Notes under the pieces: model-generated
What the model saw: the letters and a program-made list of their open reading frames with translations, nothing else
What the model was told of the DNA's origin: nothing
Databases searched by the model: none
NCBI RefSeq assembly: GCF_037042905.1
Contig: NC_087246.1
Coordinates: forward strand, 7,566,001 to 7,630,000
From: Lytechinus pictus
Lineage: Eukaryota
DNA length: 64,000 nucleotides
Direction: 5' to 3'
Shown: positions 51,243 to 63,783 of the stretch, piece after piece
How the letters are laid out: every line of letters starts with the position of its first letter
Numbering within the stretch: the stretch's first letter is position 1
Program-made: the position numbers and the translations under genes

Positions 51243-52462
51243 CACAGTGGGCCGGGGCGAAACAAAAGTGCGCCAAAAGTCATTTTGGGCAATTTCAGAT
51301 TTTTAATTTTTGTCATGCCCAGCTGAAAGACAATACTTTGAAGAATATTTCAGCAAAATATTTCATTCCGGAATTTGCATAAAGGTTGTTAATTTCCTAC
51401 CTCAAATCGTAAAATGTGACATTTTGCGAAATTTCGCGTATATGACATCCTAGTTGAAAAACAGGCCATTTCACAGGAGGTTTTTCATGTAGGAATCTGA
51501 AATGGCTCCCACATAATGTTGATATATTTTTCTTTCGTGTGAAAGGGATCAAAGTAGATAAAAGACACATTTTAAGAGGTTTATAGGCTGATTTTTCCTC
51601 GAAATAGGCTGAAAAATCCATGTTTTTTGCATTTACAATAGAATCGTTTAGATTTCCGTGGATTTCCGTCTAAATTCTTTAAACATCATTTTTCCCGATG
51701 TCTAAGCTTTAAGTCGATACCAAATTTAGCTGCCCGTTCTTGCCCGTTTTTATGTTAGAGCCGATTTAACTTGACAAAACACCCCAAAAACCTGTTCAAA
51801 AACGGTCATTTTTATACCGCGCAGTCATCGTAGCGCATCGCATGGGTACATTGCCGTTCGCTCTCTTTGCACGGCGAGGACGATTCCCCTTCAATTTCAT
51901 GAAAATGACATGAATTCCAGGCTTAATGTAAACAAAACAAAGGTAGCTAAAGCTTATAAAGGCTATACCCACAACTCTTCCAGGGATAAAACTTACTTGT
52001 AGAATAATTTCAGCCCCAAACCCTCCTCATAGTGATACATTCGTGGTGTTATATACTCTGCGTTTTACACAAGTCAACACAGTTTGATAAAGCACGATTA
52101 ATATTTTTCAGATTATAAAGTTATTTTTTTTATAAATGTAATTGATAATCATTTGATGCAATAATTTTTTTTTCGGCATCTCATTAACACTTTTTAGGCA
52201 TAAACCAACATTTACTCTGGCCAATTTTAAAGTAGAACATAACACAAAATTTATATACTACACAATTTGCTTAGTGTAATCTGTCTCTTCACAAATATTT
52301 CAAGTATCCAATCAAAATTTGGTATCAAGGTGACGTCTTTGCGGCTTTAAATTATGTTCAGTCGATTCTACGCCCAAAATTACCCATTAACAACATGTTA
52401 AAGTAAAAATTTAACACGGAATATAATTTTGGCGCACTTTCAACTCATTCTGGCCCACTGTG
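51243..52462. mobile_element. Transib-type non-autonomous element with RSS-like TIRs
   Basis: CACAGTG / CACTGTG termini, ~36-bp imperfect TIR, and a perfect 5-bp TSD CGACG. It interrupts a Penelope-type repeat whose intact inverted copy is at 52803-52871. Confidence 0.92.
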
Positions 52463-52483
52463 CGACGCATGAAAACGTGATTT

Positions 52484-52521
52484 ACTTAAGCTTTCGTCTT
52501 TATTAAGACTTCGTCAGAAGC
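52484..52521 (-). ncRNA. Minimal type I hammerhead ribozyme motif
   Basis: gctt CTGACGA a GTCTT aata AAGAC GAAA gctt aagt. Confidence 0.7.
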
Positions 52522-52923
52522 GTCTGAAAAATATAAGAAGATATAACATCCAAGTTTTTTTTGCACATCAATGAAGTTATCACCAAGTTGAATATATTTC
52601 ATAATGAAAGATTAATGAATGAACAAATAAATTAATTAATGAAAAATAAATAATTAACCTTAATTCCATTAAAAAAATTAATAATATAAATGAAGAAGAC
52701 ATACCTGTAAATACAGACTATTGTGATCAAATGACTGTATCCTATCTCGTTCTTTAGGAAAGTGGCAAAAGTTAAAATGAAAACATTGGTTGCTAGGTGG
52801 TGAAAGACGAAAGCTTAAGTAAATCACGTTTTCCTGCGTCGTCTATTGAGTTAGCCTCGCTTCATCTCATTATGTTAAATATTCACAACTCAACAGCGAT
52901 TGGTAGAAGTAAACTTATCATCA

Positions 52924-52989
<66 letters not shown>

Positions 52990-52991
<2 letters not shown>

Positions 52992-54301
52992 AGCTGAGAC
53001 ATGACGAAATCACATTCCGCGTGTTGGACACAGATGATATTAATGAGACAAAGTGGTAATGCATCGTACTTAGTTCCAACTGAGTTTATTTTCAACTCCA
53101 AATTTTCGACGTTTAAACATACGTCTTCTTCAGGGATCCATACAAGAAAGCTCACAATGACAAGAACTGAAATAATAGCATTCATGATTGTGGTAGTATG
53201 GGACCGCGCACAAAACAGCATAACCATCAAAATAATAACAAAGGATATTGGAGGCGCAGGCTGTAAAAATTAACGCGTGAGGACATCATTGTTATGTCAC
53301 AATCACTTATTATGACGCCACCAAAATCATGAAAATGCAAGAATATAATGGATAAAGGCTTATATATCAAGAAAATAAATTACGATAAAATATGGTGGCA
53401 ATGACCTCCCAAATCACTCTATCTTGAAATTAACTGTTAATAAGTATGGAGGAGAGTAGAGTAATAATAATAATAATGATAAATCTGTGAGAAACATCTT
53501 GAAATTATTTATTTATTTTTTATTATTATTATTATTATTTTTGTCAAATATGTCCGCATATCATAACTGACAGCTCAGTACACCTCCCTACTGGTTATGC
53601 AATCAAACCTCCCAACCACAACTGTGATTCAAGCAATATTCTGTATTGCTTACTCTGTAGCAAATGCCCAGATGCAACATACATTGGAGAAACCAGTACT
53701 AAATTTAGGACAAGATTCAATAATCACAGGTCTACTATCCGGCAACACCGCGATGGTTTCCCGGTAGCTGAGCACTTCAACAGAGAAAATCACTCTATCA
53801 ATGATCTCAAAATAGTTCTTTTCGGAGGAGGTTATAAATCCGCAGACGAGAGAAAACTCGCTGAACTTCGGGCTATCATTCATTGCCGAAGTTTTCAAAA
53901 TGGCCTTAATAAGGATCTATCTTGGCTAGAAAAATACAATTTTTGTAAATAATTTCAAGATGTTTCTCACAGATTTATCATTATTATTATTACTCTACTC
54001 TCCTCCATACTTATTAACAGTTAATTTCAAGAAAGAGTGATTTGGGAGGTCATTGCCACCATATTTTATCGTAATTTATTTTCTTGATATATAAGCCTTT
54101 ATCCATTATATTCTTGCATTTTCATGATTTTGGTGGCGTCATAATAAGTGATTGTGACATAACAATGATGTCCTCACGCGTTAATTTTTACAGCCTGCGC
54201 CTCCAATATCCTTTGTTATTATTGTGATGGTGATGCTGTTTTGTGCGCGGTCCCATGACTACCACAATCATGAATGCTATTATTTCAGTTCTTGTCATTG
54301 T
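52990..54301 (+). mobile_element. Penelope-like element 3' end with an inverted pseudo-LTR, bounded by (TA)n
   Basis: ~355-bp inverted arms 53154-53511 / 53946-54301. Between them is a GIY-YIG C-terminal remnant (QRFNNHRSTI..VAEHFNRENHS..GLNKD). Confidence 0.85.
53097..53136 (-). ncRNA. Minimal type I hammerhead ribozyme motif
   Basis: tcc CTGAAGA a GACGT atgtttaa ACGTC GAAA attt gga. Confidence 0.7.
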
Positions 54302-54303
54302 AT

Positions 54304-54346
<43 letters not shown>

Positions 54347-54424
54347 CAAAGAGTTCTGCGTCGGCGTCATAATGTAGAAACAAAAAAAAAGACTTAATTG
54401 AAACGCCGTGAGGAGACATAATCT

Positions 54425-54457
54425 TCCAAATTTTCGGTCATAGACCTTCTTCAGGGA
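54425..54457 (-). ncRNA. Minimal type I hammerhead ribozyme motif
   Basis: tcc CTGAAGA a GGTC tat GACC GAAA attt gga. Confidence 0.7.
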
Positions 54458-54604
54458 TGAATTTATTAAATCCAAAACGGGTTGCATCATTTGGTTATGA
54501 TACCATTGCGCAATAAATATAATGCGCAACAACATAACTAGCGCATAACTAGCGCAAGACATAACTAACTAACTGTATATATATATATATATATATATAT
54601 ATGT

Positions 54605-54641
54605 GATTCAAGCTTTCGGGCACATGCCCTTCATCAGGATC
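54605..54641 (-). ncRNA. Minimal type I hammerhead ribozyme motif
   Basis: gatc CTGATGA a GGGC atgt GCCC GAAA gctt gaatc. Confidence 0.68.
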
Positions 54642-54706
54642 GTAGGGTCCGTAAGTGTAGTGTGTTGTTGAGAGTAAAGGGATTCATCAGGAAATGAATA
54701 TATACA

Positions 54707-54775
<69 letters not shown>

Positions 54776-55201
54776 TTCAATATTCTTTTGACATATCAAG
54801 TCTTTATTCTTTTAATTTGGATACAGTGATATATATATATATTTTTTTTTTTATTGTCACGAAATGGGTTTTACTTCGTGTGTAGAAAATTAACTTTGGT
54901 TGATTTATAATGATTTTGTCATACCTGGCGATATTACATGCATGTTTCTATACTAATAGTGACGTAGATAGCAACATGAAAGTTATGCATGTTTTGAACC
55001 ATTATTTTTGGAATAACAATTTCCTGGAGATGTTTAACTGGTTATTGTGGTAATCACTAGCTTGATCTAAATAAATGCTTTAATTTGATATGTCATTGAT
55101 GCATATCTGATTTCGGAGAGCAAAGTTATACCCGTTCTAAGATTGTAACTGTAACAGATATTGTATAATTAATGTATAAATACAGCAAGTTTTTGTATAT
55201 A

Positions 55202-55380
55202 ACTGGGCATTGTGGTGTGCGCCTGTAATCCAAAATATGTGGGGAAGTTGCAAATTGATGCAGAGGTTCGAACCCTGGTCACGTCTTTCGGATGGTGACG
55301 ATAAAGGTCGGTCCCAGACGTAAATAATCATATCTGATCGATAAACGTCTGACAAAACTCAAATACACACACACGTGAGG
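55202..55380 (+). mobile_element. SINE with a 7SL-like head (copy b)
   Basis: Head ACTGGGCATTGTGGTGTGCGCCTGTAATCC, B box GGTTCGAACCC at 55265-55275, and the same core and (AC)n tail as copy a. Confidence 0.75.
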
Positions 55381-55631
55381 CTTTGCCGATAATCTGTTGA
55401 AATACGGCGCCCACGGGGTGCATCGCACGTTGAGTATGCAGATTGATTTGGATTCTCTTTCCAATAAATAACGTTGGTGGATGCGATCGAAATGATTTAT
55501 ATGATTATTCGCATGTCTTCCCACGCGGAAACCTAGGATGAATTTCTAATCCTAGGCGACGACTGTGGTTAGATTTCCTTGTATGTTGGGTCTTTTGCAC
55601 GCCAGCAAGCTAGAGACTATACCAGGGCTTA

Positions 55632-58600
55632 CCAGGCTGTGGAGTGGCACGTCGCACGTCTATCCAGGCACCTGTTTCGATTCAAAATCCGCCTTAATCT
55701 GCTTTTTTACCCTAATTTTGAGCTTTAAACTGCTGTTTTCTTTATTCGAGGATATCTATACTTGGATTTAGAGATATATGTAGGAGTTTTGTCTCAACGG
55801 GCAAAGGAAAATAAGGTAAGGCATTTTTTCTTGAAGGCTATACATATACTTCTAACACAACGCACTCCGCTTTATTTTGTATTTCCCGCCTTATTGATCC
55901 CCACCAATAATGGCCCAAGCGTCGGTATCAGCGCCGGAGATTATTGAAGATCATGGACCTGATTTGGATGATGACGATTTTATGACTGTCTCTTACTCTC
56001 GTCCCCAAAAACGACCTGGGAAAAGACCGAGACTTGCCAGTAATTTGGGCACAGATATGAAAAATACGGATAAATCGTCATCATACGAATCAGACCCCAG
56101 TATCTCATCACCATACCAGAATAGGAATTTAGACCTGATAATTGCCCCTATTGAAAAACATAAGAGTTTCAAGGATGTGAGTCCGGCCATTCTAGCTAAT
56201 GCAATAAAGGCAGTTGCCATTAATCCTGTAGAACGTATTTTACCTGTTACGGCGGCTACCAGTCAGAATTAGTTCCCAAAATTTACCTTAAAGAATATAT
56301 GAGTAACACCCGTATTAGGCATAATAGGAGTGTAACCCCTAATTTGCATATCTGTGGTCAAGCCCAAGGAGTGGGCATCATACTTGCACAAAGAGCTCAT
56401 TGCTTAGAAAAGGAAAGTTGGATGCAGTTGCTCTTGAAGAAGCTCACAGCAAGTTGACAAGAATTCATCATTTTGGGGTATATAACAGTTGGTGAGTTTA
56501 ATTATTCTCATTTATTATATTGCATAATGTTGAAATTACATATCAATGTATTAATTGCAAGATTTAACTTAGGAAGATACATGTTGCAAGTTGGTCAGTA
56601 ATTATACCAACTCTCTCATGGAATATATATATGTTTCTGTGATGCGAGATAATTATGTGTGCAGAATAATGGGCACACCCAGCAAGATATAATTTACATT
56701 TAATGTATGTTCTAATATACATGTATGTATGATAGAGTCATCTTAGTTTAAGATTCATTTAATCCTTGTATATTATCTGGGATAAGTTGTTTCAGTTATA
56801 GATGTACGTAATTCATTAGTAGCATCATTTATATATCACATATTGTGTATATAGTCAAGTTTGGGAAAGAAGTGAAAGTAAGTTTAGAGCGAGAAGGAGT
56901 TTATGACTCATCATCATACTCTGGACAGTGCTCGCATCTCCTCACAAAGGGAAGCCCTACACTGTGCATACAATGCTTGCAATACACCAATACCAGTGTG
57001 TGTGAGGGGATGCAGACCACTCTCTGGATGGTGATGAATCAGACTCCAGAGCAGAGTTTCAGAGAAAACCACTGTTTGAGGATCTGTTCCTACACAAACT
57101 TAATTCTTACTGATTCAAGTCAGTGTGAATGGGGTTTATAGGAATGTCATTTAGAGACAGAAATGAAAGTTTAGTCTTAAGTTCTTATTAGTTGTTGTAC
57201 TATACAGAAAAGTTAAAGGAATAATTCAGGAATAACATCAAACAACTGAGGGCTATTCTACAATTAAATAACATAGGGAATCTCCATGTAAAGGTAGAAA
57301 AGAAAACAACAGGCCTAAAAGGAGTTATTTCTAATGTACCTCTCGAAATGACGGAAAAAGAGATTGTAGATGAGCTCAAATTGCAGGGTGTAACATCGGC
57401 TAAAAGAATGAGTAAGACTGTTAAAAAATGATGACCCAGACAATGGAAATAATGTACGTGTAACCACACCCCTCCGTTCAGTTCTACTGACTTTCAATAG
57501 AGCATCCCTACCAGATAAAATTACGATGTACTTTCAATTCTTTATGGTAAAACAGTACATACCCCGGGTAACGAGGTGCTTTAAATACCAGCGTTACGGA
57601 CATGGAATTTCACAATGCAGGTCAAAAGTTAGATGTGTCCGTTGCGGAGAAAATCACACCTTTGAAGAATGTAAACGAAAAGAAGACTGAACGTGTGTAA
57701 ATTGCGGAGGCAAACACTCAGCAGCGTATAACGGATGTATTGCTGCCAAAAGTGCTAAGAAAATTCAACAACTGAAAAGTCAAAACAACCTAACCTATGC
57801 CCAACTACAAAAAAATTTGTAGAAAATGATCAAGCGAAAGAGAATAATGTAAATAAACCCATTCCGGTAATAGACAACCATCCCGCAATCCCCCCTACTA
57901 ATACCGCAACTCCTATGACTAAAAAGAAAACCCCTCAAAGTGAAATAAGAAACCCCGTTCAAAACCGTCCCAGTGATCCCCTTCCTAGTATCCAAACCCA
58001 GAACAACCAGCCATCACAGCTACCAGGTCCTTCGCGGGAAATACCGATAGAAGAACACAATAATGACGAGTCGAGGAGAACCGAAAATAACTTCGCAAAT
58101 GCAAATAATGAACAGATTATAGAGCTTATCTCTCATCTCATTTTCCTTTTTACGGACAGATACTCTAAAAAAGACGTAATAAACATTGTTGAAGCTACTG
58201 CCCAAAGGCTTTTAAACATCAAAGCAAATACAAACAATGAAGGGCAGTAAACTTATGACAATACTATCAGCACTCACCATTTTACAATGGAATGCGCAGG
58301 GCATGTGTGCGCATGGTAAAGAATTAGTAAAATTTATTTCTTCAAAAAATAGCAAAATTTACCATATAATTTGTGTACAGGAGACATGGTTTACGGATGA
58401 CAAAATTTTTCAAATTCCTGAATACACATGTTTCCCCAGGAATAGAACCGACCAGGGTGGACAAAGTAGGGGTGGATGTGCAATTTATGTGCACCATTCT
58501 ATTAACTTTTACTATCCTCGATATGATGAAGAGCTTGAACTTCAATCGGTGGAAATACATACCTTGCAATCTGGAGCATCTGTAGTAAATTATTATAACC

Positions 58601-61080
58601 CATGTAAAAAAATAGATGACCATATTCTCAAGAAATTAACTGAATTCGTAAAGACGAATAATCTCATCTACATAGGAGATTTCAAGGCTCATAACACTTT
58701 ATGGGGTAGTGAGAAAAACGACGCTAACGGTCGGGCTGTTGAACATTTCATTGCTTCAAATAATTTTGTTATACTTAATCATGCAACAGGTACTAGATTG
58801 GACCCAGTGACTGGAAAGATGTCGTGTTTAGATCTAAGTATAGCATCCCCAGATATATCGAATAAATGTTCATGGGAAGTACTCGACACCTCACTTGGGA
58901 GTGATCACTTTCCAATAGCAATAAACATGATAATGGTGCTAATGGAAAAGACTACAAACATATGTTCTGAAGTTGAAAACCACACTCCAGAAAATTTTTG
59001 GTCCTTCAAGAACATGGACTGGGTAAAATTTTCCGAAAGATGTGAAGAAATTTTCAAGGATATGACTTGGTCTGATTTACAAGAGGACTACGCTCTCTTC
59101 AAACAATGTGTTTTAAATGTTATCAATTAAACAATATCTAAAAGATGCAAGAAACATCACAAGCCTATCCCCTGGTGGACAAAAGAATGTTCCAAAACAA
59201 TTAAGGATAAAAATAAAGCTAGTAACAAATTAAAAAGACACATCTCAATAGAACTCAACATAACTCAAATACATGGAAATATCCTCGATGAGCCATACAA
59301 ATCCTTCGAATTGGAAAAGGCTCTAGACTCCTGCAAAAATTCTGCTCCAGGAGAGGATAAAATACCCTACGAAGTATATAAAAAACTTCCATTTTCAACA
59401 AAAGAAACCATGCTAAAAATATCAATGTGGGACACTGGAAAGATACCCACTGAACTGAAACACTCTATTCTCATCCCTATCCCGAAACAAAACAAAGACT
59501 TAAGTTTTCTGTCCTCATACAGACCCATTGCACTTACTTCGTGTTTCATAAAAATATTTGAGCGTATGATTAAAGACAGACTTGACTGGTTCATAGAAAA
59601 ATCCAATATATTGCCTATGCATATGAGCGGCTTCCGCAAAGGAAGAAGTACAACAGATAATATCATTAATCTAGAAAATGATATTCAAAAGAGCATCAAT
59701 AATGGAGAATACACCCTTGCCTTCTTCTAAGATATTGAGAAAGCCTATGATAGGCTCAACATAGATGGACTTGTTTACAAACTATTAAAAAATAATATCA
59801 ATGGAAAAATAATAATTTTTCTTCAAAACTATTTGAAAAATAGAACCTTCCAAGTGGCTGTGGGAAAAACAAAATCTGAAATATACACTATGCACAATGG
59901 TCTACCGCAAGGGAGTGTCCTTAGTCCCATTTTATTTAACATCATGTTAAGTGATATTCCATCTGAAGAATCAATTTCTATTTCCACTTATGCAGACGAT
60001 TGTGCAATATGGATATCAGGTAATAACCTTGACCAGATCACAGGAAAATTGCAAAAATATATGAATAGACTAGGTGATTGGTTTGCAAAATGGGGATTCC
60101 ATCTATCTCAAAATAAATCAAACCTAGTACTCTTCACAAAAAACATAAAATACAATACCCAAAATTAGAACTAAATGGCAAGGACCTTACTTTCCAAAGT
60201 TCTAAACGATTTCTGGGAGTGATTTTTGATCAGAAGCTTACGTGGCAAAACATATTGCTGATATTATAATTAGATGCAAAAGAAAATTGAATATCATCCG
60301 CAATCTAACAGGAACCACATGGGAAAGCTCAACGAAATATCTTTTAATGGTCTATAGAGCTTATATACGATCTTTAATTGACTATGGCTGTGAAGCCTAT
60401 GACAGCGCGGCACCCTCTATTAAAAAACAACTAGATTCGATTCAGTATCAAGCCCTAAGAATATGTGCAGGTGCATTACCACTCACTTCTTTGGAAGCTC
60501 TCCAGTTGGAACTAGGAGAACTTCCACTCGATTTACGTAGACAGATGTTGTCTGATAACTTTCGTCAAAAGATTGAAACACATAAAGACCACCCTGTATT
60601 AAAAAGTATCGAACCATGTTGGCAGTTCGAACTTTCTAAACTACAAAAAATAAACAAACCATTTGGCTGTAGAACGGAAAACCAGGGCCCCCATATTGAA
60701 ACAAATATGAGTAATTTTCCACCCTGGTTCTTCATACCCCCTGTAGTATCCACTGAACTTAGTAACTCTTTAAATAAAAACGAAAACCCCTCATTTCTCT
60801 ATCAAGAAAGTCTCAGACTAATTAACAAGAAATGGTCTCATCAACTACACATATATACAGATGGATCAAAAGCACCCAATACAGGTGCTTCTGCGGCCTC
60901 CTTCTTCGTACCCACATGGTCTTACCACCAGTCAAAACGACTAAAAGATAATACTTCAGTTTTCCGAGCTGAGTTGGCTGCAATAGTACTTGCTTTAGAG
61001 TGGTTAGAAAATATTAATGTTTATGTTTATGTAAAATTTGACTGGTTGCCAAATAAAAATAAGAACCCCCCCCCCCCCCT
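55632..61080 (+). pseudogene. Decayed I/Nimb-type LINE, 3'-truncated within RNase H
   Basis: ORF1 remnants (KGVISNVP, CVRCGENH, CVNCGGKHSA). ORF2 pieces ILQWNAQG, YRPIALTS, PQGSVLSP, YADD and YTDGSK..RAEL, with stops and deletions. Confidence 0.92.
56245..57237. mobile_element. Probable solo LTR inside LINE ORF1
   Basis: TGTTA...TAACA termini. ORF1 homology stops before the block and resumes after it. No matching TSD. Confidence 0.55.
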
Positions 61081-61950
61081 TTAGGTAGTCTGGTTGGTCT
61101 GGAAGCGGACGGTTCGGAGTCTGGAGCAGACGGCTGGTGGTCCGGAGCAGACAACGGTGGAAACTTCAAGTAGAGCAGAGCCAAGGGTGTATGGTCGTAA
61201 GAGCCTGACTGCAGAAGGACCCATACATATGGTCGAAGAACCAGACGTAGTTTCCGGTACTGAACAGATGTCAGTGGTTGCAGTACGGACTCAGACGTGG
61301 TCGTGGTACTGAACAGACGTAGTAATTGGTCGTAAGCAGACGACGGAGGAAATTACCAGAGTCCATGGGTGTGGTCGTGGGAGCTTGACTACGGAGAAAC
61401 CCATACATATGGTCGAGATAGCATAATTACATGAACTATTTTTAACTCAAGATGTACCTATTTGATTTTTTTTACAAAAATGTAAATTATCGGCATATAC
61501 ACCTTTATTTTAACCATGTACTTTTGATTCCCCAGATTCCCTAGAAGCAGCTTTTGACTCATGAAGTTTGTGTGTATTGGCCCTATACCTGTCTCTGCGC
61601 TCAGATTACTGCTTTTTCAAAACGTACTCTGCGTATGGAAGATGTCACTTTGAAAATTGTAATGGCCTACATCGTGTATTAGATTATTTTTTATGATGCA
61701 TTAGATATGAAATAAATTTTTGCGGCCTGCTTTCTAGACATCTCAAAATGTTTTGGTTGTGTAGATCATGGACTTATTATACTCAAACTCGAATAATATG
61801 GAATTATGAAATTATGCTCACTTGGTAAAAAAATATATTTAAGTGATAAAAAAGCAAACTGTGATTTCCAAAGGAAAATTTTCGGATATTAAAAATGCTT
61901 TTTATTGGAGAAGCACAGAGCAGAGTTCTGGCCCCCATCATGTTCTGAAC

Positions 61951-62088
61951 ATACAGCATCAGCTTCTTTATTTGCTTTGACCCTTTTAGGCAATTTGCTT
62001 CCCTTCCAGTTTTTTTTTATATATAGTCTTCTGTTTTTTGTTCTTTTTTCACTCACACTCAGCGGGTTACTATATCAGTTACACCCTT

Positions 62089-62137
<49 letters not shown>

Positions 62138-63677
62138 CTTTTCATATACATTGCTTTTTGGATATATTTACATATTTTTACTCTTACAGGTTTAATTTTA
62201 CACTCACTTACTTATCTTAGTTTGTTTATTACTCCATCATACATACTTATGTATTTTGCACCTTATCAGTTTTCCCCACTCTTATGCACCAGTTTATTAT
62301 GTCTTTCTTTGTTACCTGTTTGACCCACCTCTCACTAATTCTCTTGTTATTCATCTCTTCCTCATACCCTCTATCACTGTTTTGTTCCAGATCCTGTTTG
62401 ATGTTGCCTGCCTCACATCGTAATCCCTCTTGGCTTAAGGTCTTTCCTTGGCCTTACACCCACTTCTCTTTGTGTCTGCCCACTCCTTTTCTTTCATCCC
62501 CTTCATTAACCTGATTGGTCATCTCTTCTCACTAATGCCCCTTTTGTCTCCTTGTTTCTAGTGTTGCTGTTGAATGTCTGTGGTCTATATTATGGTTGTT
62601 CCACTTTATATGTTTGTCATTTTGCCTCCGACGAAGATTCTGCTAGGATCGAAAGCTTAGGTCCCTTTTGATTCTTATTTACTCCATTGGCTCTTTTTTT
62701 AGATAAGCAGTTTTCAGCAGCTTGTTTTTGCCATTGATCTCGTTTTCTGCTGTTGTATCACTCCCATGTGATCCTCCTTATCTAATTTGTCTTGTTTTAT
62801 CCATATTGTTTGATTTTTCTGTATTTGTACTTTAGTGTTTTCTTTTTTACTTTCTTTCCACAGTCTTTTCACCAGGACAATTACAAATTTTATTCCCTCA
62901 ATCACATTATACCCACAGGCCTCCAACTTCATTGCACTCCCTGTCTCGTTACTCTCACACCTGAACTTCGCAAACGCTGGAACCAGACCTTACATGGAGG
63001 TTCAGTTCGACTAATTAACATCCTCTCTGAACAGGGTATTGCTTCTCTTGATTCCTTTTCAGTTGACATCAGCAGCTTGGAAGACGAACTACGTTCTTGT
63101 TGTACCCACATCCAGTGGCTTCAGTATAATGATGAAATTGAATCTGATCTCTCTAAACACAGGTCTCTCCTCACTGAACGCAGGAACAAGAAAATAGGTA
63201 ACCTCACAAAGAAGCGACAACGATCAAACAAATTTAGATGACGTACCAACAACAATGATGCATCCCCCCATTTGGTTGTTAATCTCTCATCCTCCCCTCT
63301 CTCCCAAGCAGAAACCTCTCTTCTATCTAAAGGTCTCAAGTTTTGTCCAACGCCACCAGAAGTTGAACAGATAGCTCTCAGCCAAGACCTCTCTACATTC
63401 TATCGCAGGATACGTCTCAAAGAGTTCTTTTTAGATGAACCCCCTTCTGATCCAGAGCCCTTCTACCGGAAAAGCACATGGACCCCACCCAAGAATAGAG
63501 TTCCTTCCCTTGAAACTTACATTCAAGCTGTCTCATCCCAAGTTTGCTCCACATATACCCTCGACACCAGAGCACATGACAACCTTCCTCGAGAAGAACG
63601 CCAGGCTCTCTCATCACTCAAAAACAGGTCCGACATCATCATCATGCCTGCAGACAAAGGATCAGCCGTCGTCGTCA
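61951..63677 (+). mobile_element. Penelope-like element 5' part (pseudo-LTR plus ORF start), 3'-truncated
   Basis: VVNLSSSPLS..LLSKGLKFCPTP and PADKGSAVVV (63272-63691), with an upstream hammerhead motif. Confidence 0.88.
62624..62662 (+). ncRNA. Hammerhead motif with a mutated core (U4 to C)
   Basis: gcct CCGACGA a GATTCT gct AGGATC GAAA gctt aggt. Confidence 0.6.
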
Positions 63678-63783
63678 ATTCTTTGAATTGAGGCCTATTC
63701 ATGCTTTAACATGATTTAACATCGATGTATAAAACCTATTTTTTTTTCCTTCACTTTTTTATCTGACAATAAATTAAATCTTA

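Noticed and set aside
54672..54695. Additional minus-strand CTGATGA
   Set aside because: No stem II-GAAA follows, so it is not counted as a hammerhead.
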